From Massalongia carnosa (Eukaryota), in assembly GCA_965645245.1 (NCBI GenBank), contig OZ287069.1, positions 1,488,001-1,552,000 of the forward strand: a stretch of DNA of 64,000 nucleotides. Direction: 5' to 3'. The notes beneath the pieces were generated by a model. That model was given only the letters and a program-made list of their open reading frames with translations. It did not search any database and was not told the DNA's origin. How positions within the stretch are numbered: the first letter of the stretch is position 1; each line of letters starts with the position of its first letter. The translations under genes were made by a program, and so were the position numbers. Of the stretch, positions 23,984 through 36,231 are shown one piece after another.

Positions 23984-25830
23984 ATGTCCATCACAACGTT
24001 CCAAAAGCGTTCAGTTGTCGCACCCACGTCCGCCGACGACGTTCATGCTCGTTCTAAAGATGATAATCAGGTCGACTACACAACGCATCCTGCATCCGCG
24101 GGGAACTGGTCTCAAGTCAGCAAAAACCACCCTTCCTCCAATCTTTCTCATTGAGTGTCTTGAGAGAACATACATCTAAGATACTGAATTAGACCAAGAA
24201 ACTCTTCGTAGTAGCAACGGGGCTCTTCCTGACCTTCAACGCCACCCTTGGCTCTAGCTTGCCTAGCGGCGGCACCGATCGCCTTGCACAACATTTCGTG
24301 ATCACAAACCCGCAACAGGCATCCCTCCCTGTTGCTGTCTTTCTGATCGGCTATATCTTTGGTCCAATTGTGTTTGGCCCACTGAGTGAATTATTCGGCC
24401 GCTGGATTTGTCTGGTCTCAGCTTTTACCGTCTACACGCTCTTCACCTTAGCATGTGCTTTGGCGTCGAGCTGGTCTATGCTGCTGGTTTTCCGCTTTCT
24501 CTGTGGCGTTGGCGCCTCGGCGCCGCAAACGGTGTTAGGAGGGATGTTCGCCGATATCTACCCGAATCTACTTCATAGGGGGAAAGCGGTGATGTTGCTG
24601 GCTCTAATATCAACCGTGGGCCCGCTCGTAGGGCCAATCATTGCGGGGTATACGTCGGTGCAGGACTGGAGATGGATGTTCTGGATCGCGTTGATTCTGG
24701 CCGGCGTGAACTGGCCATTTCTCTTGATGTTACCGGGTAAGTGTGCTTGGCGAAATGATCGTGAGACTTTACTGAAGAATAAAGAATCATATGAGCCTGT
24801 GATTCTCATGCGATTGGAGAAAGTGGACATCTCGAAAAATGACAAAGCCTCAGCCTCGAACCATCCCAACACCAAATCGGTCGAAATCAGAAAACTCATC
24901 TGGGTGGCTTTGACAAGGCCTATCCGCATGTTCATGGAGCCCATGGTCTTCTTCACGGACCTCTTCCTCACTCTGGAATACTCCATGTTCTTTTTATATT
25001 TCGAGGCGTATCCGTTCATTTTCAAGGGCCCGTCCCCCTTGATTCATGCCTCCCGTTGCAATTCAGCCAGTTAACTGTTAGTATAGGCACCTACGGTATG
25101 AGTCCTGGCGAGGCAGCCCTTATGCTCCTCCCTGGTAAGTCGGATGCGCATCCTCGTACTTTGTTCATCATGTTTCCAACGCTCGTCTAGTCGGCCTAGG
25201 AGTGACCCTGGCCATGCTTGTTTGTCTTTGGTATGACCGCTTCCTTGCCAACGCAAAAGCCTGTGGAAAGGCCTGGGCTTCGCAGGAAGAATACCGTCGC
25301 CTGCCCCTTGTATGCGTCGGCGGGCCTCTCAACGCTACTTCCCAGATTTGGCTTGTAAGAACAATCTATTTCATCATCTCATTTCCCAGTCCCACATTCA
25401 TGCCCTCAATAAAGTCACACTAATCAACGCTTATTATTTCACCAAGGCATGGTCCTCGCGGCCGAACATTCACTGGGTCGTCCCTATGCTCTCAGGAGTC
25501 CTCTTCGGCCTCGGCGTCGATTTGATCTTCATGGGTCTCACCAATTACCTCACGGATTCTTACGACGTATACTCCGCCTCGGCCATGGCCTCGTCCATTT
25601 TCAGCCGCAATATTGCCGCTGCATTACTCCTACCGCTGGCGTCGTCCAAAATGTACGAGCAGCTAGGCGTGGCTTGGGCGTGCAGCATTCTAGGATTTGC
25701 ATGTTTTGGGATGAGCACTATCCCATTTGCCTTCATCAGGTTTGGGCCAAAGCTGAGAGAGAAAAGCAAGTTCTGTCAGAGGCTGAAGCAGAGAAAGTTG
25801 GTTGGGGGGAGCGTTGGGATGGACCTTTAA
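23984..25830 (+). CDS. MFS drug:H+ antiporter (DHA1 family), multi-exon; start approximate
   Basis: GPIVFGPLSELFGR, GGMFADIY, GPLVGPIIAG, WRWMFW, LTRPIRMFMEP, EEYRRLP, NYLTDSY. Confidence 0.9.
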
Positions 25831-26627
25831 ATGTGTGCTCGATCGAAGCTTCGAAGGCATCTTTCATGAAGAGCGAGATCATGTATTTGCAATGAAATAG
25901 AAATCGTTGGTTTGAGAAGACAATATTTTGACACATGGTGGTGTAGTTTGGACGGAGAAGGGAAAGGAATATGAGAGGATTGGAGTGGTACTGGGGAATT
26001 TCAGGAATGCTAAGAGATTTTGCATTTTCTTGTAGGATTTTTGTTCTGAGAATTTCTATCGTCGTAACCAATCCAAAAACTGTACCTCGTAGATAGAAAA
26101 CACATACGTAACTGCATCAACGATTTCACAGCAGCTTCGCTCGTAACGAATGGAGAGATAATCACTTTGCTTGAACTTATATAGTTCCCTCCTATCATAT
26201 GTTGCAATCAGTATACCATCGCCCTCTTGATCAAAGTGTCTGCAGCGCATCTTGGTCCGAAATTTGATGAGACGACGCCGAGGAATTCAGATAATCTTGA
26301 TCCTTTTAGACTAGGAATATGGAAATGGGTTGGACACGTGAGAGAGTGGTGAGTTATAGACTAGGTAGTCAATTACGTGAAGGCATACCATAGAGTACGC
26401 CATATGTAGAAGACAGAATGTATGATGATGAAGTTCTTTTTCTAATAAGTACAGAGGTTGACACCGAAAGTCCTGATAATACGCTAATGCGGACTAAAAA
26501 CGCCACGTAGATTTAGCGTTAAAAATGCTATAGGGAGATCATTCAAAATGGTAACAACAAAGGTCGAAACTTCAGCTTTTGATGTTTGTTTAATTATCAA
26601 ATTTTCTATAATATATTTTATATAATC

Positions 26628-28022
26628 ATGGGTGATTCACGAACAGTAAATCATACAATAGCTGCAAGATTACAAGCTCTTTCTTTGGTTTGACATGGAG
26701 TTGGAATAAATGCAGCTGCTACAGCCTCCGGTATGACTTCTATAACCGTCAGACGTCTGAGAAAAAAATCTAGAGAACGAGTTTTTGATCCGGAGGTCTC
26801 TTCTGTTATGAAAGAAGAATATGTCAAAGATGCACCTCGTTCAGGTCGTCCACCGAAGGTGACTTCGGAGGTTGAATCTGACATTTTGACAACAGTTCGA
26901 AAAGACGCAATTGGTCGAGAAAAACCAGCCGCAGTGCTTGCATATGAGCACAATGTCTCCGCAACAACTATTCTTCGAGTTCTAAAACGCAATCGTTTGC
27001 GATGGCGTAAAACAACCAAAAAACCCGGGCTCACTCCTGCAATGATGGAGGCTCGATATCAGTTCGCCTTGCGACATGAACACTGGACGATCGAAGACTG
27101 GGAGAAGGTCATTTGGACCGACGAAACAAGCGTTTGTTTGGGCACTCGTCGAGCATGCATACGAGTATGGCGCGATTCAACCGAATCGTACAATAAAACT
27201 TGCGTTCGTCGACGATGGAAAGGATATTCGGAGTTCATGTTTTGGGGTTCTTTAAGTTATGATAAGAAAGGTCCTATGCACAATTAGAAAGACGAGACCG
27301 CTGCTGAAAAGAAGGCTGCAATTAAGCATTTAAAACGACTCAAAGACATTGCAGAACCTGCAGCGAAAGAAGAATGGGAATTAATCAACGGAATAAGACG
27401 AATGGGACTACGAAATCATGGAAGTCGAAAGCCCACTTGGACATGGAACAAAGCTCACGGTAAAATGGAGCAAGATGGTAAAGGAAAAATTGACTGGTAT
27501 CGCTATCAAATTCACATATTAATTCCTAAATTGATTCCCTTCACTCTTCACTGCATGATAAATCGTCCGGACACTTTGATACAGGAAGACAAGGCTCCCA
27601 GTCATGCTTGTAAGCATCAGGATCAGATATTTATGAATGCAGGAGTTATGCGCTTGATTTGGCCCAGAAATTCTCCTGATCTCAATATGATCGAGACTTG
27701 TTGGGCTTTGATGAAGCGACAAACCACCCGAAGAAGCTGTCCGACGAACAGAATCATCATGGAAAAGTTTTGGACTCGGTGCTGGAAAAAGACATTGACT
27801 CAGAAACGTATTCAGCACTGGATTGAGCGCATACCTCGTCATATTCAGCAGGTTATAGCTTTTAAGGGTGGGAATCAGTATCGCGAAGGTTCCACCGAAG
27901 CAGAAAGCGGAGTTCGTCTTTATATCAGTGAAGAACGAAAAGAACGATATGATCGAGGTCGACGAGGCCTTCGAGCTGGTGATAATAGTAATAATAGTAG
28001 CGATGACGAGGTGGATGACTAG
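26628..28022 (+). pseudogene. Tc1-type transposase of element A with two in-frame stops
   Basis: DAPRSGRP, WTDET, QEDKAPSH, WPRNSPDLNMIE; stops near 26691 and 27285. Confidence 0.9.
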
Positions 28023-29105
28023 AAATTCCAGAATTCGGCACTATACTGTGGTCCCCGAGGGGTTTTTTGTTAGCGCGGTACAAACAGCGGTAAAAACACG
28101 CTAATATTTCTACTAAGGAGCTCAGCATCAGCAATTATTTTTAATCATCGTCAACTATTGAGCCTGCTACTCCTAAAAAATAATGTGATAAATCTAGAGA
28201 TCAACGTCTTCAAGCTTTCACTTTGCGCGATGTGGGATGGAGTTATGCACAAACTGCTGAGCGTTTACAAATCACCATTCGTCAGGTCCAGTATGCATGC
28301 ACCGTTGGTCGATTCACTCCACAAAAGAAATTTCGATGCGGACCTAAATCTTTAATTGATAACGCTTCTCGACAAACATTGATTGAATTCGTTTGCGCTT
28401 CGTCAGAAAATCGCCGTATGCCTTACTGTCAAATTGCCTGGAAACTTGGATGGAATGTTTCAGAGAATGCCATACGAAAAGCTCTGAAACAAGAGGGTTT
28501 TTCTCGAAGACTAGCACGTCGAAAGCCTATCATTTCCGAAATCAATTGTATTAAACGTCTTGAATGGGCTCGAGAGCATTTGAGTTGGAGCAAAGAGCAG
28601 TGGGAATCTATATTATGGAGTGATGAAACATGGGTAAATGGCACCCGCCATCGACGCATTTGGGTGACGAGATGAGCAGGTGAAGAACTGCATCCAACCT
28701 GTGTAATTCCTCGTCTTCCGAGCAAGGGAGGATGGATGTTTTGGGGGTGTTTTTCGGCCAACAAAAAGGGACCTTGTTTGTTTTGGGAAAAGGACTGGGG
28801 CAGCATTAATCAACAGTCATATTGTGAGCACATTGTGCCCATCGTTGAAGGCTGGATGAAGCTCAATCCCGGACTTCATTTTATGCAAGACAATGCTGCT
28901 GGTCATGCAGCTCGATTAAATCGAGAGGAGTTTGAATATCGACGAATTTCTTTCATTGAATGGCCACCCTTTTCACCCGATTTGAATCCGATCGAGCACG
29001 TTTGGAACATTATGAAAGACTGGATTCAAATGCAATATGGTGATCAGGACAAACTATCGTACGATAATCTGAGAAAAGCAGTAAGAGAAGCTTGGGATGC
29101 CCTTA

Positions 29106-30075
29106 TGTAATGGGCTACGAGACCAGTAAGCTAATCACGAGCGACACTGATCTCGAAAGGGGAAATGCTCAGCGTGAGAGGTGGAAGATAGCTACTACGT
29201 GCTGGTCTCCGAGAGTATACGTGATCCAAAGAACTAATGGATGTGGAAGTGCTTAGACCAAGAGATCTCGTCCGAGACCCAAACGTAGGTTGTTCATAGA
29301 AAAAAGACTAATTGCTAACGAATACTACAGGATTCGTTCTGGTATTTATCCTACTCACCCCAAGCCTATAGCCTTGGGAGCCTTGGAACCTTAGGAGCCT
29401 TGCAACCCACTTCTGACCTTATCGTCTTACATCCAACCAATCCCTCAGGATCCATCCACGAACTCGGCGTTCGCTGGATCATCTAGTCAGCCTCGAGCAG
29501 CCTTCTAGATCTTCCCTTGCAAGGTAGAACAGTTCTACCTCTGGCTAGATCCCTCGCTACATTGCTAGCCTGCCTCTAAACATAAAGTCTAGACGCCGAG
29601 GCTATGTAGCTTCATTTCGCCGTCACCACTACCAACGTAGCGATGGAAGGTTACCTCCGACTGAATCTCTATTCAGCGACATCACTACCAGCGTAGTAAT
29701 AAAGGTGGAAGCTGAATTTTACACCGAGGAGGCCGAGCTCAAGCTGCGTCCAGCTAGCCGTGCCTCCTGCTACAACTCTTGATCCATCAAGAAATCGATA
29801 TAGCTCCGAGTAGGCCAGTAGATTCCATATAGAGTTCACGGCTAGTGTCCACAGGAGTTCGCCTTACTCCATGGCAATCTACCACCGCGGCCTCGGCAGG
29901 TGTTTGATCTGTAAGCAGTCTAGAACGTAGTAACAACTAATTCGGAGTTGTGTGGCAAGGTGGCGTCGTGTCAGCCTCGACGGCTATGCGACTAAGTACT
30001 ACGGCTTGGCTCATGCTAGTTAATCCGCAACCGCCCTAGGCGATCACGTATCCCTCTAGCGCCATCCGTATTACA
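29106..30075. mobile_element. Solo-LTR-like insertion (970 bp) in element B transposase
   Basis: TGTAAT...ATTACA termini; near-identical 5-bp flanks CCTTA/CCCTA; removal restores the transposase frame. Confidence 0.75.
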
Positions 30076-30114
30076 CCCTACAGCAGAGCAATTAGACGTG
30101 CTGGTTTCTTGTAT

Positions 30115-30393
30115 CACGTATCCTACGTTAGTAGGTAGTCACGCTGTACAAGTTAAGGGAAGCTTGTAGTAGGCTAATGAACTAGTGATATGAATTAACT
30201 ACGACCTTTCTAACTTGTACGTAGGAACTGATCTATTATATAGCCATGTCCCGTAGCGGGCGATCCTACCCAAGTGACCAAGTGTCCCTTCGTGACCAGG
30301 CAGTGGTCACTGATGACTAAGCAACGGTCTAGTCATCGCCCCAGTCATCCCATTGATGGGTCGCATCGCTTCCTGCCCATGGTATACGTAACA
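30115..30393. mobile_element. Second solo-LTR-like insertion (~280 bp) in element B transposase
   Basis: Ends ...TACGTAACA; left terminus damaged, no clear TSD; removal restores S-C-M-S-D-R-C in frame. Confidence 0.6.
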
Positions 30394-30515
30394 GTCTGAT
30401 CGTTGTCAAACAGTGATAGATGCAGATGGGAAACATACTAAATATTGAATGAGTTTGATTGGTGGATGCATGTAAAATTGACTAAAAACGTGGCGTTTCC
30501 ACACCCCTGTATGTA

Positions 30516-31840
30516 CAAATCGGGTACCAGAAGTCACCGATCGATGACGTCATTTTACCCCATCGAAAAAAACCCCCTCATTTTCCATCTCCCATTTCTC
30601 CACCATTTTTCTTTCAATTTACCTCATGCCTTCAAAACCGAAGACCAAAAGACGTGAAAATTCAGCCGAGACCATTTCCACCATCATTGCCCTACATCAG
30701 CTAAAAAAATCCCATGGTCAAATAGGTAATCATTTGAAATTAGCTAAATCGACCGTTACCACCATTATACATCGTCATACCAGGTCTTCAGAAAAAATCC
30801 CCTTGAGAAAAAAACGATTCGGTCGTCCCCCCAAGCTTGATGCCCGTGCCGGACGTCAATTAATTTGTCATGTGGAGAGGTTTCCTCACGACAATCTTCT
30901 GTCTTTGGCCACCCCTTCCAAAACGGGACAGAAGACCTCTCGCTCCACCGTACGAAGGTATCTGAAGGCGGCCGGTTAATTACGCTTTAAGGCTCGAAGG
31001 AAGCCCTTTCTAAATGAACGTCACAAGAAGGCTAGGCTGGCTTGGGCTCGAGAGCACAAGGAATAGACATTGAATGATTGGCTACGTGATATATGGACAG
31101 ATGAAGCTACGTTTGAAACGGGTTTAGACTCTCGAAGTTGCTATGTTACACGCCGAAAAGGAAATGCATTTGAGGCTCGATACTTAAAGCCTACATTCAT
31201 AAGTGGAAGAAGCACTACAGGCATTTGGGCAGCTATAACTTTGAGTATCAAGGGACCGATGCTCGTTTTGACGAGAGGAAGACGAATGAACTCTGAAATC
31301 TACATTGAGGAGGTGCTAAAGCCGCTGGGAGTGCCCTTTTATGAAAGATGCGTGGCAAAGAGAGGTCTGATGATTTGGATAGATGATGGGGCCGGTTATC
31401 ATACTTCAAAGAAGGTGCTTGATTTTGGACGAGAGGTAGGGCGTTTACGCATGAAATGGCCGGCTCAATCATCAGACCTCAACCCCATTGAGAATCTGTG
31501 GCGTATCATCAAAATATGAGTCAGTGCCCGTCGTCATCAAATTCATTCAGTTGAGGCCATGACGGAGGCGTTGATGAACGAATAGGACAAGTTAACTGCG
31601 AGGGACTTTCGGAAGTGCATAGAGAGTATGCCTAAACGTTGTCACATGGTAATTAAGGCTCAGGGGGGGCCATTAAATACTGATTATTTCATCTGATTTT
31701 TCATTAAAAATTTTATTAAATTTGAAAATTTGAGACCATTCCATCAACTATTGAATTTATGGTAGGGGTTGAAAGTTAGGGTAAGGAGGTGAAATTTGAT
31801 GGGGTGCGGGGCACGGTCGGTGACTTCTGGTATCCGACTG
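30516..31840 (+). mobile_element. Tc1/mariner element C in the right TIR of B; transposase 30626-31683 with stops
   Basis: TIR CA..TCGGrTACCAGAAGTCACCGA with TA flanks; GRPPKL, WTDEATF, DDGAGYH, WPAQSSDLNPIENLW. Confidence 0.88.
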
Positions 31841-31842
31841 TA

Positions 31843-32881
31843 CGGAGGATGACACAGGAAGTTCTGGCCGACGCTAATATGCACGCTAAATAAGCCACCT
31901 ACATGGGCCTCAGCCCTACGAAGATAAACTCCTTTATTTACTCCTTTATTTACTCCTTTTTTACCACCTCCTCATCAGTCTACATTGGCCCACTCCTCCT
32001 CATCTTCAGTAGGACCTCTCTTTGAACGCAGATATTGACTGTGCCGCTCCTCAGCATCGTAAGGTCGTACCATTCCTCCTGTTCTTCCTTCTCTGTACTC
32101 GTTTCCTCCTTCAAACTCAATGACAGTCTGTATGTGACGAGGCATTCTCTCTATCCAGCTTTGTATTTGCTCCTGCGATAGTTCGTCCCAACATTCAGTC
32201 TATGCTACTTCGGCCTCCCGTCTGCTTCGTGGAGCTCTGAGGAGGGTCGTACGTCTTTTCATCCAAGGCCAGCATGGTTCAATCATATTGAGATCAGGTG
32301 AGTTGCCAGGCCACAAAAAGCGAAGCACTCGAAAGTCTATAAACACCACAACCTGATGTTTGGAGGTATGACAGGGGGCCTTATCTTCTTGAACCATCGT
32401 GTTTGGACGATCTTCCCTTCCGTTTCGATCTTTGCGTACATCAATCAATATAGCCTCCTCCAATGCAGGTGTTACTTTAGAAGGTTGGCCTGAACGAGGT
32501 GCATCTTCTACATATTCCATCTTCAAGACTCGTGAGATCTCGGGATCATATCCTCTGCTTCTTGCTTTCTTCTTGCTATGACTGATATATCTCGTCGAGA
32601 CTTCAGTGATTTCCTCTACTCTTTTAGCTGATACTCCATGCTCTACGAGAGTCAAGGCCTGAAGTCTTTGAGCGAGAGTCAGTGTGTTATCTTGAGGACG
32701 AGTCATGATGATGATAGCTACAAATATCAACTAAAAACAACTATAAATTACAATTAATGAAGCATTTTATCTCTTGATGCCCGGAGAACCTTTTTTTAAA
32801 ATTTTTACCACCCCCTTGTCTAGTGGCGGAAGCTAATGCAAGCTAAAATACGCTAGCCAGAACTTCCTGTGTCATCCTCCG
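31843..32881 (-). mobile_element. Tc1/mariner element D, internally deleted, related to A
   Basis: Perfect 26-bp TIR CGGAGGATGACACAGGAAGTTCTGGC with TA flanks; transposase 32706-31975 joins KDRNGRE directly to DRPNTMVQEDKAP. Confidence 0.9.
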
Positions 32882-33129
32882 TACCGCGCTAACAAAAAAC
32901 TTGCCGGATACCACAGTAATCTGCCAAGACACTAGTATTAGCTTTACATTAGCGTATTATCAGGACTTTCGGTGTCAACCTCTGTACTGTAGATATATGG
33001 CAGCCAAAACCTTCTTAGCTGTGGCATGGGCATGGGAGTCGTTTTTGCTTTCGCTTACATAAACATGTTCACTGGCGCCTCCAAAGCTTCAACGCAATAT
33101 CTGCAACATCGGATCATCACTACCATACA

Positions 33130-34252
33130 ATGCGTTCTTCCACCCTTGGCCTGCTGGCTTTAAGCGCAAGTGTGGTGGACTCATTTCGAGATACATCGCC
33201 CTTCTTCTTCTTTTCCACTTCCGAGTATGTCATTTGATCCGCTACGTAATCTATGTCAACGGGCTAAACTTCATATCTCTCCAGAATCCTAGCATCATCT
33301 CCTCAGATCGTCTCGGCGGCTACCCTAAACCAAAATATCCTCTCTCAACTCCATAACTGCCCGTCAGATGTATATGTGATCGTGTCTCAACCCAGCGTCA
33401 ATGCTGCGGATTATCACGATCGCTTCTCAGCGCCTCGGCTGGCACAGAACATCGCCGGGGAAAACAAGGATATTCGTTCAAGCATGACGGTTACGGATGT
33501 GTTAGCAGCCCTGGATGCAGAAGAAATCAGCAATGCGGTGCGAGAGACGTGTGGAGCAGAGATTATTCGGGTGAATGCGTCAGGTAAGTCGTCAAGTGCT
33601 GGAGCTGCGTCCCCGTTGCTTCTGTTCGAGTGTGGGCGCTAATCATGGCATCATCGCCCCAGCCGGTTCGTTCAAAATCCAGAGAAACAAAAAGCCTCTC
33701 ATCATCAAGCTTGACTTCCCCGCACCCCCCGCCATCAAAGATCGGCCGTTGAAACTTATCGAGCATGGTATGTCCCCTCCTATTCCTCCACCTAGCCACC
33801 CTCCAAATCATGCTAATAACCCCTTCAAAAAAGATGGTTTTCTCGCCTCTCTCCTCAACTCGCTCCCCTCTTTTAGATACACGGTTCTCTACACCACAAC
33901 GCCCCTGTCCGCTTCGCAGCGCTCTGCTGTCGCCGACGCCGACGCCGAAGCTGAAAACTATCACATCGATACCGATTTCCAATCCCCCGTCGTGCACATG
34001 GACCTGAAGCGAGACTTCGCCGCCCATCAGAAGCGTGTCTCATTGGATGACAGAAGTGATACATATCATAGCGCCCCGCTGTTCGAGACCTACGAGTTTT
34101 TTGGCCCGGGTTTGTTCATGGGCTTGCTGGTGACGGTGCTGCTACTTTCGATCCTCTACGTGGGGGTGAATGGCCTGGCGAGCCTGCAGGTTACGTACGC
34201 GGCGTTTGATCGCGACATGGGGCCGGTGGTGAATAAGAAACAGGGGCAGTAA
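33130..34252 (+). CDS. BIG1 / VOA1-like ER membrane protein, multi-exon
   Basis: Signal peptide + FRDTSPFFFFSTS, CPSDVYVIVSQP, PLFETYEFFGPGLFMGL + TM helix + LQVTYAAFDRDM. Confidence 0.88.
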
Positions 34253-35754
34253 GCGGGTTGTATGAACTTCATCATTGGGTTTGGGGTTCCTGGGACTTCT
34301 TTTACTCATGTGCATAGCAGGTATAGGGGTGTCATTATAATTTGAGCTGGGGTACCAGTAGTAAGTCTTTTTTCCGGTCGATCGTATATCTATCTACCTA
34401 TCTACCGTACGACTGCTATCACCTAAGAAAAAGGAGTTTCCTTCCCCCCTGCTCTACATCTCGACATACTCTTCTCTTCCGTTTTCCTCTCTCCACTCCA
34501 GCAATGTTCTCCACCTACCCACTTACTTACATAATTTTCCAACAATCATCTTTAGACCATGTTTATCACCCAATCTAGTTTCGGATTTATGTTCTTTCTT
34601 GAATTTTGGGGGGATTACCGGTGGTGTTTGGCTTTTCCGGAAAGGGGACATGAGAGGAAGGGGAAAAGAAGAAGAAAGAGAAAGATACTCAACATCAATC
34701 AACTCCCCAAAACCCCGGGATTAACGCGTCCTCCCTCCCCCACTTACCCTTTTCACATTTAGGTAGCATATACCTTTCCCCCTTTCCTACACCCATAACC
34801 TCTCCATAACTGTCTCGCTGCCTCTTTACCCCAGTTATGAGCTACCTACCTACTTTACTTCGTATCGCCACCATTCATTCATCTACATGAATGGATTCTC
34901 AGGCATGGGGGTTTGGGGGGGAGAGGGAGGGCCAGTGGGAAGAAATGTAGATGACTATATACTAGGTATTTTCCACTCAGCACTCTCTGTCGATCGAGCT
35001 CTATGGTATGCGTTGGACGCTACACCTAGCGTGTTCCGAAGTTTGAGGCAGTAATTATCTCGAGCATCATGATGCTCGTTTGCGTTTTTTCCCCTCCTAG
35101 GGGGTTATTCTAGTTGCTACTTAAGCTAAAGTAGAGTCCCTGGGAAGGAGGTAGCGTTTTTCCCTAGGCTTAGGAGGCAGAATGCAAACAGGAAAAAAGC
35201 TGCAGTAGCTACAACGAGACAATAGACTCATCAGCAAACGGCAAAAAGCTGAGAAATTTAGTTGGAGATAGGTATGAAAGATCCAGCGGGGAGAAATCGG
35301 AGCGATCGAACAAGAGATATATTGGGGTTTGATTAGAAACTGGCTCTCTTTATAAAGTAGAAAGATAGAGCACAGGAGTAGGAGCTAAAAAAGAAGAGAA
35401 GCTATAGAGGAGAAAAATTTCAGAAAGGACATTATGGAAGGAAAAACCTAAAGATACGGCTAAAGGAGTATCAGGAGCCTGAAGAATGAAGGATATGAAA
35501 TCCTCACATGCCCATCCCTAAACTCGCACCTAAAACCAACGCAGACTATCGCCGGACGAAACACCCCCATGGCCTTCGAATTCCGCTATGGTACCACGGC
35601 AACCTAGCCGGCTCAAGCAGCTATGCTCGACCGAGCTGCTAGCGGTCTGGGCCAGAAATCTATTGGAAAACAACTTCTAAAAACCAAAACTCATATGGGT
35701 CTTTCAGGCGCATGGCGCCTATTTTCCCGCTCCCTGTACCCGGGATTCTTTGGC

Positions 35755-36231
35755 CTAGATCTTAACGCAATCGAGCTCGCTTATAAACTTCTCCTTTGCC
35801 TCAAACGACTTAAACAGTTGTATCGGGGTCATTAGCCCTCGATCTATCTCGTTCAAACTCAAGCCTTTCGGGGGTGCCGAAAGGTGCCAAACGCAGATCT
35901 CATTGAATCGTTGCCACATGCTGCTGTAGTACCCCCACTGTCCATGGAGGACCATTTCTCTAGCGATTTCTAGCAGGATGGGCACCAAGAAAGCTCGGTT
36001 GGTCGTGCCGTTGTGTATTTTTTCGTCGTCGGGGGCCACTAGGTCTTTTCCATACAGTATAGCCTCCCTTACGCATATCGAACACTATGCTTTGTGAATA
36101 AAAGGGTCGGTCATGACTAACTCTGCTAATGTGCACGGGCTTGTAAGAATGCCGTTGTTGTCGCACAGAGCCATGTATTCAAGCCGCATATGCCCGCAGT
36201 ACAGATTATGGATGTTCAATGTCTTGCACAT
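35755..36231 (-). pseudogene. Pseudogene paralog of the 1308-2108 hypothetical protein
   Basis: MCKTLNIHNLYCGHMRLEYMALC...IHKA*CSIC...TNRAFL...GQWGYYSS; TAG at 36085-87 where the paralog has Trp. Confidence 0.8.

Larger units (their letters stand above)
28046..32916 (+). mobile_element. Tc1/mariner element B inserted in A; transposase ~28148-30448 with stops and two insertions
   Basis: Imperfect TIR CTGTGGT...GTTTTTTGTTAGCGCGGTAC, TA flanks; WSDETW, MQDNAAGH, WPPFSPDLNPIE; C-terminus restorable as AWDALTAEQLDVLVSCMSDRCQTVIDADGKHTKY*. Confidence 0.88.
26452..32984 (+). mobile_element. Tc1/mariner element A (outer element of nested stack)
   Basis: Perfect 38-bp TIR CAGAGGTTGACACCGAAAGTCCTGATAATACGCTAATG with TA on both sides. 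Confidence 0.93.

Noticed and set aside
12336..32984. Starship-type giant transposon
   Set aside because: No DUF3435 tyrosine-recombinase captain gene or recognisable Starship boundaries seen
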